From positions 1 to 64,000 of the IMG/VR virus record IMGVR_UViG_3300020508_000005: DNA of 64,000 nucleotides, one strand, 5' to 3'. Position 1 is the stretch's first letter, and each line of letters opens with the position of its first letter. Source of the stretch: a virus (lineage: Duplodnaviria; Caudoviricetes). The notes below the pieces were generated by a model that was given only the letters and a program-made list of their open reading frames with translations, had not been told where the DNA came from and did no database searches. The translations under genes were made by a program, and so were the position numbers. Below are positions 49,482 through 59,063 of this stretch, piece after piece.

Positions 49482-50084
49482 ATGGCTGACAAAAAACCAA
49501 TGGGTATTGGAGTTATTGGGCAACCAGATATGGTGTTCAAGCGTAAATTTCGCTGGACATTCGAAATTCTTGGTTTTTGCGACAATCAGAAAAACGTAGT
49601 TCCTGAGAGCTTTGTTAATGTTGCTTCACGTCCAAATCTCTCCATCGAAGAAACCGAAATAAATCACTTGAATGCTAAGACTTGGATTCCGGGCAAGGCA
49701 TCTTGGGAAACTATAACAGTTACATATCTCGATGTAGCACACTCAGAGATGCGTACACTGTGGAACTGGCTTGCAACAGTTTATGACTTCACAGATCCAA
49801 TCAATCTCCGTCAAGGTGAAAGAAGAGACTGGGATGCTACTGGATTATTAAGCATGTATGATGGTTGCGGTACATTAATTGAAATGTGGCAACTTCAAAG
49901 ACTGTGGCCAACGTCAATTAATTTTGGCGATTTGGATTACAGTTCTTCAGACATTGCAACAATCGAACTAACCCTTCGTTATTCAGATGTTAAATACAGA
50001 AGCTACTGCCCAGACTTCCAACCAGAACCTTGCTGTGGTGGTTGCGGCACTACTGTAAAGTATCCAAATAAGACATACATCTAA
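49482..50084 (+). CDS. Tail tube protein 2
   Basis: Same motifs as tube 1. Confidence 0.9.
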   Translation: MADKKPMGIGVIGQPDMVFKRKFRWTFEILGFCDNQKNVVPESFVNVASRPNLSIEETEINHLNAKTWIPGKASWETITVTYLDVAHSEMRTLWNWLATVYDFTDPINLRQGERRDWDATGLLSMYDGCGTLIEMWQLQRLWPTSINFGDLDYSSSDIATIELTLRYSDVKYRSYCPDFQPEPCCGGCGTTVKYPNKTYI

Positions 50085-50104
50085 TAGATAGATAGGAGTT
50101 AGAA

Positions 50105-50707
50105 ATGGCTGAAAAGATCCCTATGGGGATTGGACAACTAGGATTCAAAAATCTTCCTTTCAAAAGAAAGTTCAGATTCACTTTGGAATTGTTTGATATT
50201 TGTGGTTCTCAGTCCGTCCCCAAGCACTATGTAAAAACAGCAGGAAGACCAAATCTTTCTATTGAAGAAACAGAAATTAACTTTCTGAATGCTAAGACGT
50301 GGATTCCCGGAAAAGCGTCTTGGGAATCTCTTACTGTTACTTATATCGACGTTGCTACAGCAGAAGTCGCCCCTTTGTTTAACTGGTTAGCATCGGTTTA
50401 CAATTTTACCGATCCAATCAACTTGCAAATGGGTGCTGTTCGTGCTGACTATACATGTACTGCGATTTTAAAACTGTGGGACGGTTGCGGAAGCTTGATG
50501 GAAACTTGGGAAATGAAAGACGTGTGGCCTACAGCTATCAACTTTGGTGATTTAGATTACGCAAATTCTGAAGAATGCACAATCGAACTTACTCTTAGAT
50601 ACTCGGATGTTAAGTACGTAAACTCGTGTCCCGGATTTACTATTACGCCTTGTTGTACTGGTTGTGATACACCACAAAACAATCCACAAAGCAATCTAGA
50701 AAATTAA
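50105..50707 (+). CDS. Tail tube protein 3
   Basis: Same motifs as tube 1. Confidence 0.9.
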   Translation: MAEKIPMGIGQLGFKNLPFKRKFRFTLELFDICGSQSVPKHYVKTAGRPNLSIEETEINFLNAKTWIPGKASWESLTVTYIDVATAEVAPLFNWLASVYNFTDPINLQMGAVRADYTCTAILKLWDGCGSLMETWEMKDVWPTAINFGDLDYANSEECTIELTLRYSDVKYVNSCPGFTITPCCTGCDTPQNNPQSNLEN

Positions 50708-50743
50708 ATAAAACAATTCGTTTAAGATACTAACTATTTTATA

Positions 50744-50773
50744 GGGTAGCTGGATTTTTCCAGCTACCTTTTT
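50744..50773 (+). terminator. Intrinsic terminator before tube 4
   Basis: gggtagctgga-tttt-tccagctacc plus T-run. Confidence 0.7.
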
Positions 50774-50788
50774 CTTTAGGAGATTTTT

Positions 50789-51313
50789 ATGGCTAAAATG
50801 GGTTTGCAATTTGGCTTAGAAGGCAATGGTAGATATTGCAAAAGACAATTTAGATGGCTGTTCGAAATACCTGAAGTAGTTGGCGACACAACTTCGGCAC
50901 AAAAAGGCATTCCTGCTTTGCCTCCAGAAAAAAGTGCTCGTCCTAATCTTGATTTTAAAGAAATTGAAGTAAAACACCTTACCGAAGATTATTTTTATCC
51001 CGCTAAACCAAGTTGGAAACCAGTAAGCTTAACTCTATGGGATCTTAAGTATAATGAACACCCTGTTTACAAGTGGTTGTTGGAAATGTACGACCCAGAA
51101 AAGGCCACATGGCAAACTGCCACGAAAGGAAAGTTTATTAAAACTTGCTATTTGACTCTTTATGATGCGATTGGCGAACCCATAGAAAAATGGGTTTGGG
51201 AAGATGCGTGGCCTCAAGCAATTAACTTTCAGACTCTTGATATGACAACGACAGGGATTGTCATGTGCGAAATCACGTTAAGATATGCTAGAGCTTACAT
51301 ACAAAAAGTTTAA
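50789..51313 (+). CDS. Tail tube protein 4 (divergent)
   Basis: KRQFRW, ARPNL, AWPQAINF..LDM, ITLRY. Confidence 0.85.
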   Translation: MAKMGLQFGLEGNGRYCKRQFRWLFEIPEVVGDTTSAQKGIPALPPEKSARPNLDFKEIEVKHLTEDYFYPAKPSWKPVSLTLWDLKYNEHPVYKWLLEMYDPEKATWQTATKGKFIKTCYLTLYDAIGEPIEKWVWEDAWPQAINFQTLDMTTTGIVMCEITLRYARAYIQKV

Positions 51314-51594
51314 TCTTCGTCGTCGTCGTCTTTATGCTGAAGATCTTCTATGTCGATATCAAATTCAGCAGCAAGAATGGTACGCATTTCTTCAAGAGCA
51401 TCTTCTAGTTTTTTGCCTTTCCAATTAAGTCTACGGCAAGTGCTGCTCTTATTAAGACGGCCTTTTTTTGTATAGCAATCTTTTTCGTTATCTAACAAAC
51501 AATCCACGAGTTCGGAATATCCAGCTTCTCTCAGCTTGTCTATTACCTCTTGAGTCTCTATGGCATTTACTGGGTTAATAATTGGTTTACTCAT
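51310..51594 (-). CDS. Hypothetical protein
   Basis: YTKKGRLNKS; acidic tail. Confidence 0.65.
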   Translation of the reverse strand: MSKPIINPVNAIETQEVIDKLREAGYSELVDCLLDNEKDCYTKKGRLNKSSTCRRLNWKGKKLEDALEEMRTILAAEFDIDIEDLQHKDDDDED

Positions 51595-51628
51595 ACTTAT
51601 ATTGTTATATCACATAAATAAAATTAGA

Positions 51629-52165
51629 TCAATATCCTTTTTCACAAAATCTCATTTCTTTACCATTTCTGATAATAACACTTTCAAATTTCTCAGATTG
51701 AAAATTTTGATATCGTTTTTTAAGTTCATTGTAATTACGAGCACTACGATAAAGCTGCCTGAAATGATTCAATATACACGTTGTCATATAATTGAAAGCC
51801 TTGCCTTTTCTTGGGTCAAATCTATTGATCTTTTCAAAGCAAATTAAAACACCCTCTTGTATTGCATCATCAATATCAATGCCACTGAATTTTGCGTAGT
51901 TTGCTATATTCTCTGACAAAATGTAAAAAGCATGAGCCAATTGATTTTGAAATTCTTTAAAACTTTCACATGCCTCTTGGTGTAATTTCTGGCTTTCAAG
52001 CCATGCTTGTTTTTTGCTTTCATCGCCGTATTTAACAACTCTTCGATCATTTGTTTCTTTTAAATCTTTCATGATCAATTCATATTTCGCTTTTTGCCTT
52101 TTGAAGAATTGAAAGGCATGGATTACAGACTCAAAAGTTCTGTTATTAATATATTCGTTGGCCAT
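51629..52165 (-). CDS. Late-transcription sigma factor (T4 gp55-like)
   Basis: YINN..F, ENIA...KFSG, DDAIQEGV..C...I.RFDP..GKAFNYMT..I.NHF. Confidence 0.85.
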   Translation of the reverse strand: MANEYINNRTFESVIHAFQFFKRQKAKYELIMKDLKETNDRRVVKYGDESKKQAWLESQKLHQEACESFKEFQNQLAHAFYILSENIANYAKFSGIDIDDAIQEGVLICFEKINRFDPRKGKAFNYMTTCILNHFRQLYRSARNYNELKKRYQNFQSEKFESVIIRNGKEMRFCEKGY

Positions 52166-52256
52166 AGTTCTCCACCGGGGGATTTTAAAAAGTATCTATG
52201 TGCTGACGACGGCTTATTTTATAGAGAAATCCATTTCCTTAACTCTGTAATGTAGT

Positions 52257-52457
52257 ATGAATCTGACAAACTTATATGCCACCCTGCAAACAAACCCTCG
52301 AAGCAAAGATGTTTATCGTAAGCTTAAAGAAAAGTATGAATTGCTGGGCATGCTAAATGAAGCCAAGGCTTTTCAAGAACTTATAGAAAAGAAATTTAAT
52401 GCTGACAGTTCAAATAATCACAAAGAACAATCAAAAAACCCTGAAATCAACTCTTGA
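52257..52457 (+). CDS. Small hypothetical protein
   Basis: 66 aa, overlaps next gene. Confidence 0.5.
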   Translation: MNLTNLYATLQTNPRSKDVYRKLKEKYELLGMLNEAKAFQELIEKKFNADSSNNHKEQSKNPEINS

Positions 52458-53346
52458 TTCTATTGCTGAACTTCGGCCTAAAGTTCTTGTCGGAGATTAT
52501 GGAAGCACTGATAGCACTATTGATATTTGCAAAAAGTACAATATAGAAATTTTTGATGTGTCTACCAAAACACGAGATCAAGCTAGAATGTTTCTTAATT
52601 CAAAAAGCCAAAATAATTGGAATCTATGGATTGAACCATGGGAAACAATAATTCAAAACAACTTTAACTTTGATAAAGAAAAAATACAGTTTGGTTATGT
52701 GCGAGTTATTCATGGCCAATCTCTTCTTTGGGATATCAGATTGTGGAGAGGCCACTGTAAGTTCGTTAATCCTGTTTTTGAACGCATAGAGTCATCTGTT
52801 GGCACAAATACAGGCATTGTGTTGTCGTCTACAGGAGGACACAATAACAACGATGCAATGGACTGTTTGCAAAAATGGAAATTAGAAAGCCCACTATCTG
52901 CACAACCATACTATTACCAAGCTTGTCTGCTCTTAGCTGAAAAAAGATATGAAGAATTTTTGAGTTGTGCTGAGAATTATTTGTTTTTAGAAAAGCAGCC
53001 TACTGTTTCGGCCATCATGACCAGATACTACTATGCCATGACTCAATTAATGCACAAAAGAGCCGTAAAGCCGACTCTGCAAAACCTAAACCTTTGTCTT
53101 TGTGCAAAGCCTCTTATGGCCGAGTTTTGGTGCCTCACAGGAGATGTATACTATCATTTACTTAATAAATTTGCTGTGGCTAAAGAGTTTTATGAAAATG
53201 CAATTATTCTAGGTGCAAAAAGACTGGCAAATGATAGATGGCCTATGGATATTTCTAAATACAATAAATATCCAAAAATGATGATCAAGAGTTGTGATCA
53301 ACTTCTCAACAACAATACTAATTACGTGCCAAAGAACTCTCAGTAA
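52399..53346 (+). CDS. GT2-like plus TPR protein
   Basis: IITKN..TL..TLDSI, DYGSTDSTIDI; C-terminal TPRs. Confidence 0.75.
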   Translation: MLTVQIITKNNQKTLKSTLDSIAELRPKVLVGDYGSTDSTIDICKKYNIEIFDVSTKTRDQARMFLNSKSQNNWNLWIEPWETIIQNNFNFDKEKIQFGYVRVIHGQSLLWDIRLWRGHCKFVNPVFERIESSVGTNTGIVLSSTGGHNNNDAMDCLQKWKLESPLSAQPYYYQACLLLAEKRYEEFLSCAENYLFLEKQPTVSAIMTRYYYAMTQLMHKRAVKPTLQNLNLCLCAKPLMAEFWCLTGDVYYHLLNKFAVAKEFYENAIILGAKRLANDRWPMDISKYNKYPKMMIKSCDQLLNNNTNYVPKNSQ

Positions 53347-53571
53347 ATGGCCTAAAGGCGATTGTGAGTTTCTAAAAAATTAAAATCGATAATATGGATT
53401 TGATGGTCATCTTGCGGCTTTGTCAATTAATCGCATCAATGGAGAAAAGCATAGAAGAGAAATAGGGAATAGACATATTGTCAATTGGTTGAAAGAACTT
53501 ATCTAAAAGTGTTCCAAGTGCTCTGCGTGAATTGGAATTCTATCAAAAAGATAGCAAAATAAAGAATACAT

Positions 53572-53964
53572 CTACCAAATTTGGCCTTCTAAATGATTTA
53601 TCACTACTGTGACTTGATCTTGATATCTTGCAATATCAAGTTGCTTTCTTCCCGGTCCTAACTTTCGCAATTCAGACACAAGCTCGTCTACATGGCAATT
53701 GATAACCTGCCATTCATTTTTAGCAAGTTTTTCTATATCTTTTTCAAATTCTTCAGGAACAATTTCGTCTTTTGTTGGAAAGTATGCAGCAACTTGTTTT
53801 CCAGCTTTTCTCATCACGTTAATGTAAATTGGGTGATTGCATGCACAGCCGGGATTTTTCAAAAATTTTGTCACGTCTTCCTGTAGTTCTTCTGGAAGAG
53901 AAGCTCGAAATCTTTCATCTAAAAGAGCTTGCTTGACATCATGCACTGTGACTTTTTTCTTCAT
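53572..53964 (-). CDS. Hypothetical protein
   Basis: Operon member; NPGCACN. Confidence 0.65.
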   Translation of the reverse strand: MKKKVTVHDVKQALLDERFRASLPEELQEDVTKFLKNPGCACNHPIYINVMRKAGKQVAAYFPTKDEIVPEEFEKDIEKLAKNEWQVINCHVDELVSELRKLGPGRKQLDIARYQDQVTVVINHLEGQIW

Positions 53965-53974
53965 TTTTCTTTCC

Positions 53975-54352
53975 TTACGAGCTTTCTAAATTGGGCCTCT
54001 CAGGAGGCAATCCATCTTGTATTCTTTTTTTGCGGTCATTTTCTTGCCTTTCAGCTTCTGTTTTTGCATCTCTTAGCTTGATGGCTTTTGCAATTGCACC
54101 CTGAACCTCTTTGGCAACAACGCCCCTTCCGCATCTAGGGCATTTATATTTTTTTGCTTGAGTTTTTTGTGGCCTTTCTTTTGCTTTTCCTGTTCTTGGA
54201 TCTAATATAGGAGCCCCCGATGGAATTGCTGAAGTTTTGATTTCAACCAAATCACAATCATCAGGATTTTTTGGAATAATTTGCTTGAACGCACATGACT
54301 CACAAAAAATCATGAGTTGTTTATTCTTTGCTTTCTGTTCCATTTTCCTCAC
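53975..54352 (-). CDS. Zn-ribbon protein
   Basis: CESC...CPRCG. Confidence 0.65.
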   Translation of the reverse strand: MRKMEQKAKNKQLMIFCESCAFKQIIPKNPDDCDLVEIKTSAIPSGAPILDPRTGKAKERPQKTQAKKYKCPRCGRGVVAKEVQGAIAKAIKLRDAKTEAERQENDRKKRIQDGLPPERPNLESS

Positions 54353-54680
54353 TATTCACTACAAAATCTGTCTTGCTTCGTATCATGTAAATATACTCAC
54401 TGTAAAAACCAGATAAAAGACTACCTGCAAAAGCATAAGGCAAAATTAGTAACCATGGCTGTTGAAAATACATATACAGAATAGCCAAGCATCCATTGAA
54501 TAATCCTGACCACCAACCTGTGCATTCATAGCAAGCTAGAATTTCACTGATAAATTTTACAGAATTTAACCACTCTCTAATGCTTTTGTTGAACAACTTG
54601 ATTACATCAAGAATGCGACCATGAACTAGTATGTTGGTCAAACCAATAGTCGCAAATACAAATAATAATAAAGATGCCAT
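54321..54680 (-). CDS. Membrane protein (DUF1360-like)
   Basis: Hydrophobic helices around L.CYECTGWW.G. Confidence 0.6.
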   Translation of the reverse strand: MASLLLFVFATIGLTNILVHGRILDVIKLFNKSIREWLNSVKFISEILACYECTGWWSGLFNGCLAILYMYFQQPWLLILPYAFAGSLLSGFYSEYIYMIRSKTDFVVNSEENGTESKE

Positions 54681-55012
54681 TATTCTGATACCTTACTAGA
54701 TTTCTTTTCTCTTTCTACAAGCTCACGATAAACCATTTCACGTTCTTTGGCTCTTTCTTCTTTTCTTCTTTCTAAATATTCCAAGTCACTGTGCGTTCTC
54801 GGAACAAATCTAGGAAAAGCCTTGTCAAAATCAACTTTTTCAATTCTACAAGCCTCTTTAGTGGTTGGTACAACCGCCACTCGATATTCGCTTTCATTTT
54901 GAATAGCTTCAAAAAGATCCTTGTTAACTTGTTTAAAAACCTCGATTGTCTGTACAAGATCTTGTCCTAAGTCTGGATGGTAATTAATATAAAACGTAAC
55001 TATGCCTTTCAT
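54680..55012 (-). CDS. Hypothetical protein
   Basis: AGGA SD; operon member. Confidence 0.65.
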   Translation of the reverse strand: MKGIVTFYINYHPDLGQDLVQTIEVFKQVNKDLFEAIQNESEYRVAVVPTTKEACRIEKVDFDKAFPRFVPRTHSDLEYLERRKEERAKEREMVYRELVEREKKSSKVSE

Positions 55013-55031
55013 TTCTATTCCTTTCTAATGT

Positions 55032-55406
55032 TTATCTCCAAAATGTAATATGCAAATTTTCTGAATCTCTCCACGTCGAAAAATAATTCATTCCTTGGAT
55101 TCTGCATAAGTATTCACAAATTTCAGATTCGGAAATAGGAATGATGAAATTTTGCACTACAGTATAGTTGAGTTTTTCAAGTTCAATTTTATCACCAAAA
55201 TATTCTTCAAGTATTGCCAAGTCTTCATCTGTAATGGTATTGAGGAAGTCTAAAATTGCTTGTTTTCCTAAAGATGACAAGTAAGGAATGCGTTTTGACA
55301 TTCTCCATTGTTCAAAAATACTAAACATTTCAATTTTTAATCGGCTCTGTAAATTAGTATCATAAAAAATCAAGTCTTCAGCGTTTGAAAAATTTATTTG
55401 CAACAT
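55032..55406 (-). CDS. Hypothetical protein
   Basis: 124-aa ORF. Confidence 0.65.
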   Translation of the reverse strand: MLQINFSNAEDLIFYDTNLQSRLKIEMFSIFEQWRMSKRIPYLSSLGKQAILDFLNTITDEDLAILEEYFGDKIELEKLNYTVVQNFIIPISESEICEYLCRIQGMNYFSTWRDSENLHITFWR

Positions 55407-55461
55407 ACTCTCATAACCTCAGTACAAGCTACAAGCTAATCATAGTTTATAGGAGATAATT

Positions 55462-56634
55462 ATGGCAGATGATGTTTTCCGTCAAAACCGAAAAAAAGTA
55501 ACAGCAGACGACCTTGGTGAAACAACAGACAATCCACTGGACACTATTAGATCTGTTCAAGAAGCCGTAGCGAAAGAAACAGGCGTAGAAGCTCCCAAGA
55601 ATTTTGGTGATGCACCGTTTCAAATTTCAGGCAACATTCCAGCAGCATTTAAAGACGCTATAAGTATTAACAAATTTCAGAATAGTCAAGGCGACAACGT
55701 GCCGAAGACACCTGTGAATCGTAAACCCATGGGCAATCCAGTAGATGAAGATGATGGATTTAGTGGATTTGATGTGCCTCCCGAAAGACCTCGCCCCCAA
55801 CAATCAGCCAAACCCACCCCTGATGCGAAGATTCGTGTTCAAGGCAGCGATGCCCTTGAAGGCTTGCTTGCACAGTTAGCAGAACAACATACGTGGGAAG
55901 AATTTGAATTCCCATCTAAAGGAAAATTCTATTCTAACATCCCAGCTACAGTTCATGTTAGGGCTATGACCGGTGGAGAAGAGCAAATTTTAGCCACTCC
56001 ACGATGGGTCAAAAAGGGAAAAGCCATTGATATGATTTTCCGTCGCTGCATCAAAGAGCAAATCAACACAGAAGATCTTCTAAGTTCTGATCGAACCAAT
56101 CTACTTATTTATTTGCGTGGTATTTCTTATACTCCAGAATATGACGTTGAAATCAAATGTCCTAACTGTTCAATCAAGTTCGCTCACGTAATTGACTTAA
56201 ACGATATGGATGTTGAAGTATGTCCAGATAATTTTGGACCAGATCAATTGTCAGGCGTTCTTCCAACAAGTAAATTCCGTTATCGTTATAGACTTGCAAC
56301 CGGACAAGATGAGCAAGAAATTAACAGTTATCGAGAAAAAAGAATTCAACAATGGGGCGATCAAGGGGATGACGATACTTTGCTGTACCGTACAGCATTG
56401 CTTCTTGAAGAAATTGAAGGCGTAACTCTGAAGAAAGAGTTAGCCCAACTGTTGGCCAAATTGCCAATTCAAGACGTTTCTTACTTAAGAAATGAAATCA
56501 ATACTCCACCTTTTGGAGTCGATACAGAGCTTCCTATTCTGTGCCCTTCATGTACAGAAGAATTTAAAATTGATTTGCCGCTTGAAACAAGTTTTTTCTT
56601 CCCAAGGAAGAAGGCAAGCGAGAACCAAGCGTAG
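55462..56634 (+). CDS. Baseplate hub / tail assembly chaperone (T4 gp26-like)
   Basis: PSKGKFY, RAMT..EEQIL, DR..LLIYLRGISY, CPNC, CPSC, terminal SFFFP. Confidence 0.8.
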   Translation: MADDVFRQNRKKVTADDLGETTDNPLDTIRSVQEAVAKETGVEAPKNFGDAPFQISGNIPAAFKDAISINKFQNSQGDNVPKTPVNRKPMGNPVDEDDGFSGFDVPPERPRPQQSAKPTPDAKIRVQGSDALEGLLAQLAEQHTWEEFEFPSKGKFYSNIPATVHVRAMTGGEEQILATPRWVKKGKAIDMIFRRCIKEQINTEDLLSSDRTNLLIYLRGISYTPEYDVEIKCPNCSIKFAHVIDLNDMDVEVCPDNFGPDQLSGVLPTSKFRYRYRLATGQDEQEINSYREKRIQQWGDQGDDDTLLYRTALLLEEIEGVTLKKELAQLLAKLPIQDVSYLRNEINTPPFGVDTELPILCPSCTEEFKIDLPLETSFFFPRKKASENQA

Positions 56635-56651
56635 AGCTTTGGGAAACACTT

Positions 56652-56813
56652 ATGGAGGAGTTGTTCTTCTTCCAATATCATATGCATATGAGCAAGGAAG
56701 ATTGCATGTCCTTGCCAGTTCATGAACGAAAATGGCTGATTCAGCGATTTATCGAGCAGAAGAAAAAAGAAAATGAAGCAATAGACAGAGCCAAAAAAAC
56801 TAAGAAATTTTAA
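56652..56813 (+). CDS. gp51-like small partner of the hub protein (below ORF-track cut-off)
   Basis: MEELFFFQYHMHMSKEDCMSLPVHERKWLIQRFIEQKKKENEA. Confidence 0.75.
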   Translation: MEELFFFQYHMHMSKEDCMSLPVHERKWLIQRFIEQKKKENEAIDRAKKTKKF

Positions 56814-56856
56814 TCTTAGTCTTTTTGGTCCATGAAATAAAAAAGGAGTTTAAATC

Positions 56857-57600
56857 GTGGGAGCGACAAAAGAAAGATATCAAAATCCAGCGGTAGGAGA
56901 CAACATCAATTTAAGATTGATGACTTACAATAGCAACAATCTTAGTGATGTCCATGACATCGAGAAAGTAGAAATATACTTTCTTGATCCTAGCTTGAGA
57001 TCTGAGGAAAACCCAGACGGAGTTCGTTTAGTTGATTCATTTGATCCTTCATCGGTTACACATGAAGATACTGGGACGTATTTGCTGAATTTGCCAACTG
57101 AGGGCGTCAAATACACAATTGGAACATATTACGATCAATGGACAGTAAGAGTAGATTCTGATCAACCTTATCACACCATAAATCAAAGATTTGAAATTTA
57201 CCCAAATCTGTGGTATAGCACTCCAATTCCAGTGGTTTATGATTTTGACTTTAGATTTCAACCAAACAAAATGAGGCAAGGCTCCAAGCAATTTTTGATG
57301 ATTGAAATTAAGCCTAATGTGCCTACAGCGGGTGATCTTCGTGCATATTACGAAAATTTAGCGATTGTATCTAATCTTAAGATTTCAATTGAACAAAACT
57401 GTGGTGATTGTGTGCCAGCAGAAGTTGATTTGAGAAGGATAGTTGAAGATGCACCAGTTGATTATAGAGAAAAACGTTTAGGCTACTATAAAATTGACAC
57501 CACAGAAATGGACTGTGGCATTTATGACATTTGGTTCAAGTTAGAGATTGGAGAAAATGTCTACATTTCAGATAGGTATAAGTTTCAAGTGTATGACTAA
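56857..57600 (+). CDS. Putative baseplate/virion protein
   Basis: AGGAG SD; beta-rich (TGTY, GIYDIWF). Confidence 0.55.
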   Translation: MGATKERYQNPAVGDNINLRLMTYNSNNLSDVHDIEKVEIYFLDPSLRSEENPDGVRLVDSFDPSSVTHEDTGTYLLNLPTEGVKYTIGTYYDQWTVRVDSDQPYHTINQRFEIYPNLWYSTPIPVVYDFDFRFQPNKMRQGSKQFLMIEIKPNVPTAGDLRAYYENLAIVSNLKISIEQNCGDCVPAEVDLRRIVEDAPVDYREKRLGYYKIDTTEMDCGIYDIWFKLEIGENVYISDRYKFQVYD

Positions 57601-57608
57601 GGACATTT

Positions 57609-58073
57609 ATGGAAGAATTTAAAAAAACAAACGAATGCAACAAGACGACTTTATTAGCAAGTAAGTTTTTGTTTTGGCCAAAAATTTTTCCTGATCTTTA
57701 TCTGAATATATTAAGTGTTAAATGGGAAGAATGCAAAAACACATTGACATTGACTATGGCAGAAACTGTTGAATTCAATGTTTTAAAATGGATTAAATTG
57801 ATTAAAAATAGCGATGAAATCAGCAGAAATCCAATTACTGATCTTGAAGCACACTTAGCGTTTTTGCATTTTTTAAATGGGGAAAATGAAAAAATTGCTA
57901 CTTTTAAATTTAGAGGCTTCACACTAATTGAGCACTTATGTGAAATGAATTATGATCTAAGTGATGCTCTCGAACACAAAATAGTAATTAAATATTCAAG
58001 TTCAGAATTTGTTATGCCTGTAGGTGATGATTGTGATGAGATTGATCAATTAAAAGACAAAGTCTTAAAATAA
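57609..58073 (+). CDS. Hypothetical, possible degenerate tail-tube fold
   Basis: C-terminal pattern aligns loosely with tube proteins. Confidence 0.45.
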   Translation: MEEFKKTNECNKTTLLASKFLFWPKIFPDLYLNILSVKWEECKNTLTLTMAETVEFNVLKWIKLIKNSDEISRNPITDLEAHLAFLHFLNGENEKIATFKFRGFTLIEHLCEMNYDLSDALEHKIVIKYSSSEFVMPVGDDCDEIDQLKDKVLK

Positions 58074-58206
58074 AAATCAATTCATATTTAAAAAACCACT
58101 AAACTTTCTATATTTATTTAGCGAGTAAAAATTCCTTGGAGGCAAACCATAGCCTCTAAATTTATGCCCAAGTGAGGATGAGGGTTAACTCGTAAAAGGA
58201 GAATAT

Positions 58207-59028
58207 ATGGTTTATTCAAATAAATTTGTTGTGTGTGTTTTAGTTAATGATACGCCTCAAAATGAACTTGCAAACGGAATTGTCAAGATTCCATTTAATT
58301 CAGAATACGTTTTACGATTTAGAAATAAAAACAATCGTCGTGCTCTAGTCAAAGTAGCGATTGATGGAGAAAATGTTTCAAATCATGGCTTTATTATTCC
58401 AGCCAACTCTTACATTGATGTAAAAAGACCAATTAATAAGGATGCTGCCTTTAAATTTGTCTCTTTGGATTCTCCAGATGCAATAGATCATGGAAAAAAT
58501 GGCCCTAATGATGATAAAATTAAAGGCACCATAGATGTGAAGTGCTATCTTGAAAAAGAATTATCGCTGCAAAAAATTTATTTTGCAAAATATCCAAGTT
58601 GGGCAAGCAACAACACTGTATATAGAAAAAAATCTAATTGTGACTCCAAATCAGTATTTGGGACGGCTAGTTGTTTACGTTGCCTGCCACAAAATGCAAA
58701 ATTAAATCAACCCCTTGATTTAAAAACTATTGAGACAGATGATTCGCAAGATGGTTGCACAGTTGAAGGTAATGAAACAGGGCAAGAATTTGTTTCTGCC
58801 TCGATTGAATGTGAGGAAACTTATACTTCAGTTAAGTTGTTTTTGCAAGGTTGCCAGCCTCAAGAAACTAAACCAACTATCTCTACAAATAGAAAAGTAG
58901 ATGCCCTTGAAGCAGAGAATCAAAAACTTCGAGAGCAGATCGCTGAGTTAGAAAATAAGAAGCTTAAGTTACGACTCAATGAGTTATCTAAAACTACGAC
59001 TAAGAAAAGAACAAAAAAAAGTGTATAA
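58207..59028 (+). CDS. Hypothetical beta-sandwich protein with C-terminal coiled coil
   Basis: EYVLRFRN..RRA.V.V.IDG; AGGAG SD; terminator follows. Confidence 0.7.
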   Translation: MVYSNKFVVCVLVNDTPQNELANGIVKIPFNSEYVLRFRNKNNRRALVKVAIDGENVSNHGFIIPANSYIDVKRPINKDAAFKFVSLDSPDAIDHGKNGPNDDKIKGTIDVKCYLEKELSLQKIYFAKYPSWASNNTVYRKKSNCDSKSVFGTASCLRCLPQNAKLNQPLDLKTIETDDSQDGCTVEGNETGQEFVSASIECEETYTSVKLFLQGCQPQETKPTISTNRKVDALEAENQKLREQIAELENKKLKLRLNELSKTTTKKRTKKSV

Positions 59029-59035
59029 CACTGTT

Positions 59036-59063
59036 AAAAAGCTCGGGGAAACCCGAGCTTTTT
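59036..59063. terminator. Bidirectional intrinsic terminator
   Basis: aaaaagctcggg-GAAA-cccgagcttttt. Confidence 0.9.

Noticed and set aside
53347-53571. ~225-bp gap between convergent genes
   Set aside because: The frames checked are broken by stops and no RNA structure or homology is recognisable.
44383-57600. Bacterial contractile injection system (eCIS/tailocin)
   Set aside because: Neck/head-closure genes, gp55-like sigma, resolvase and RNR indicate a true phage.
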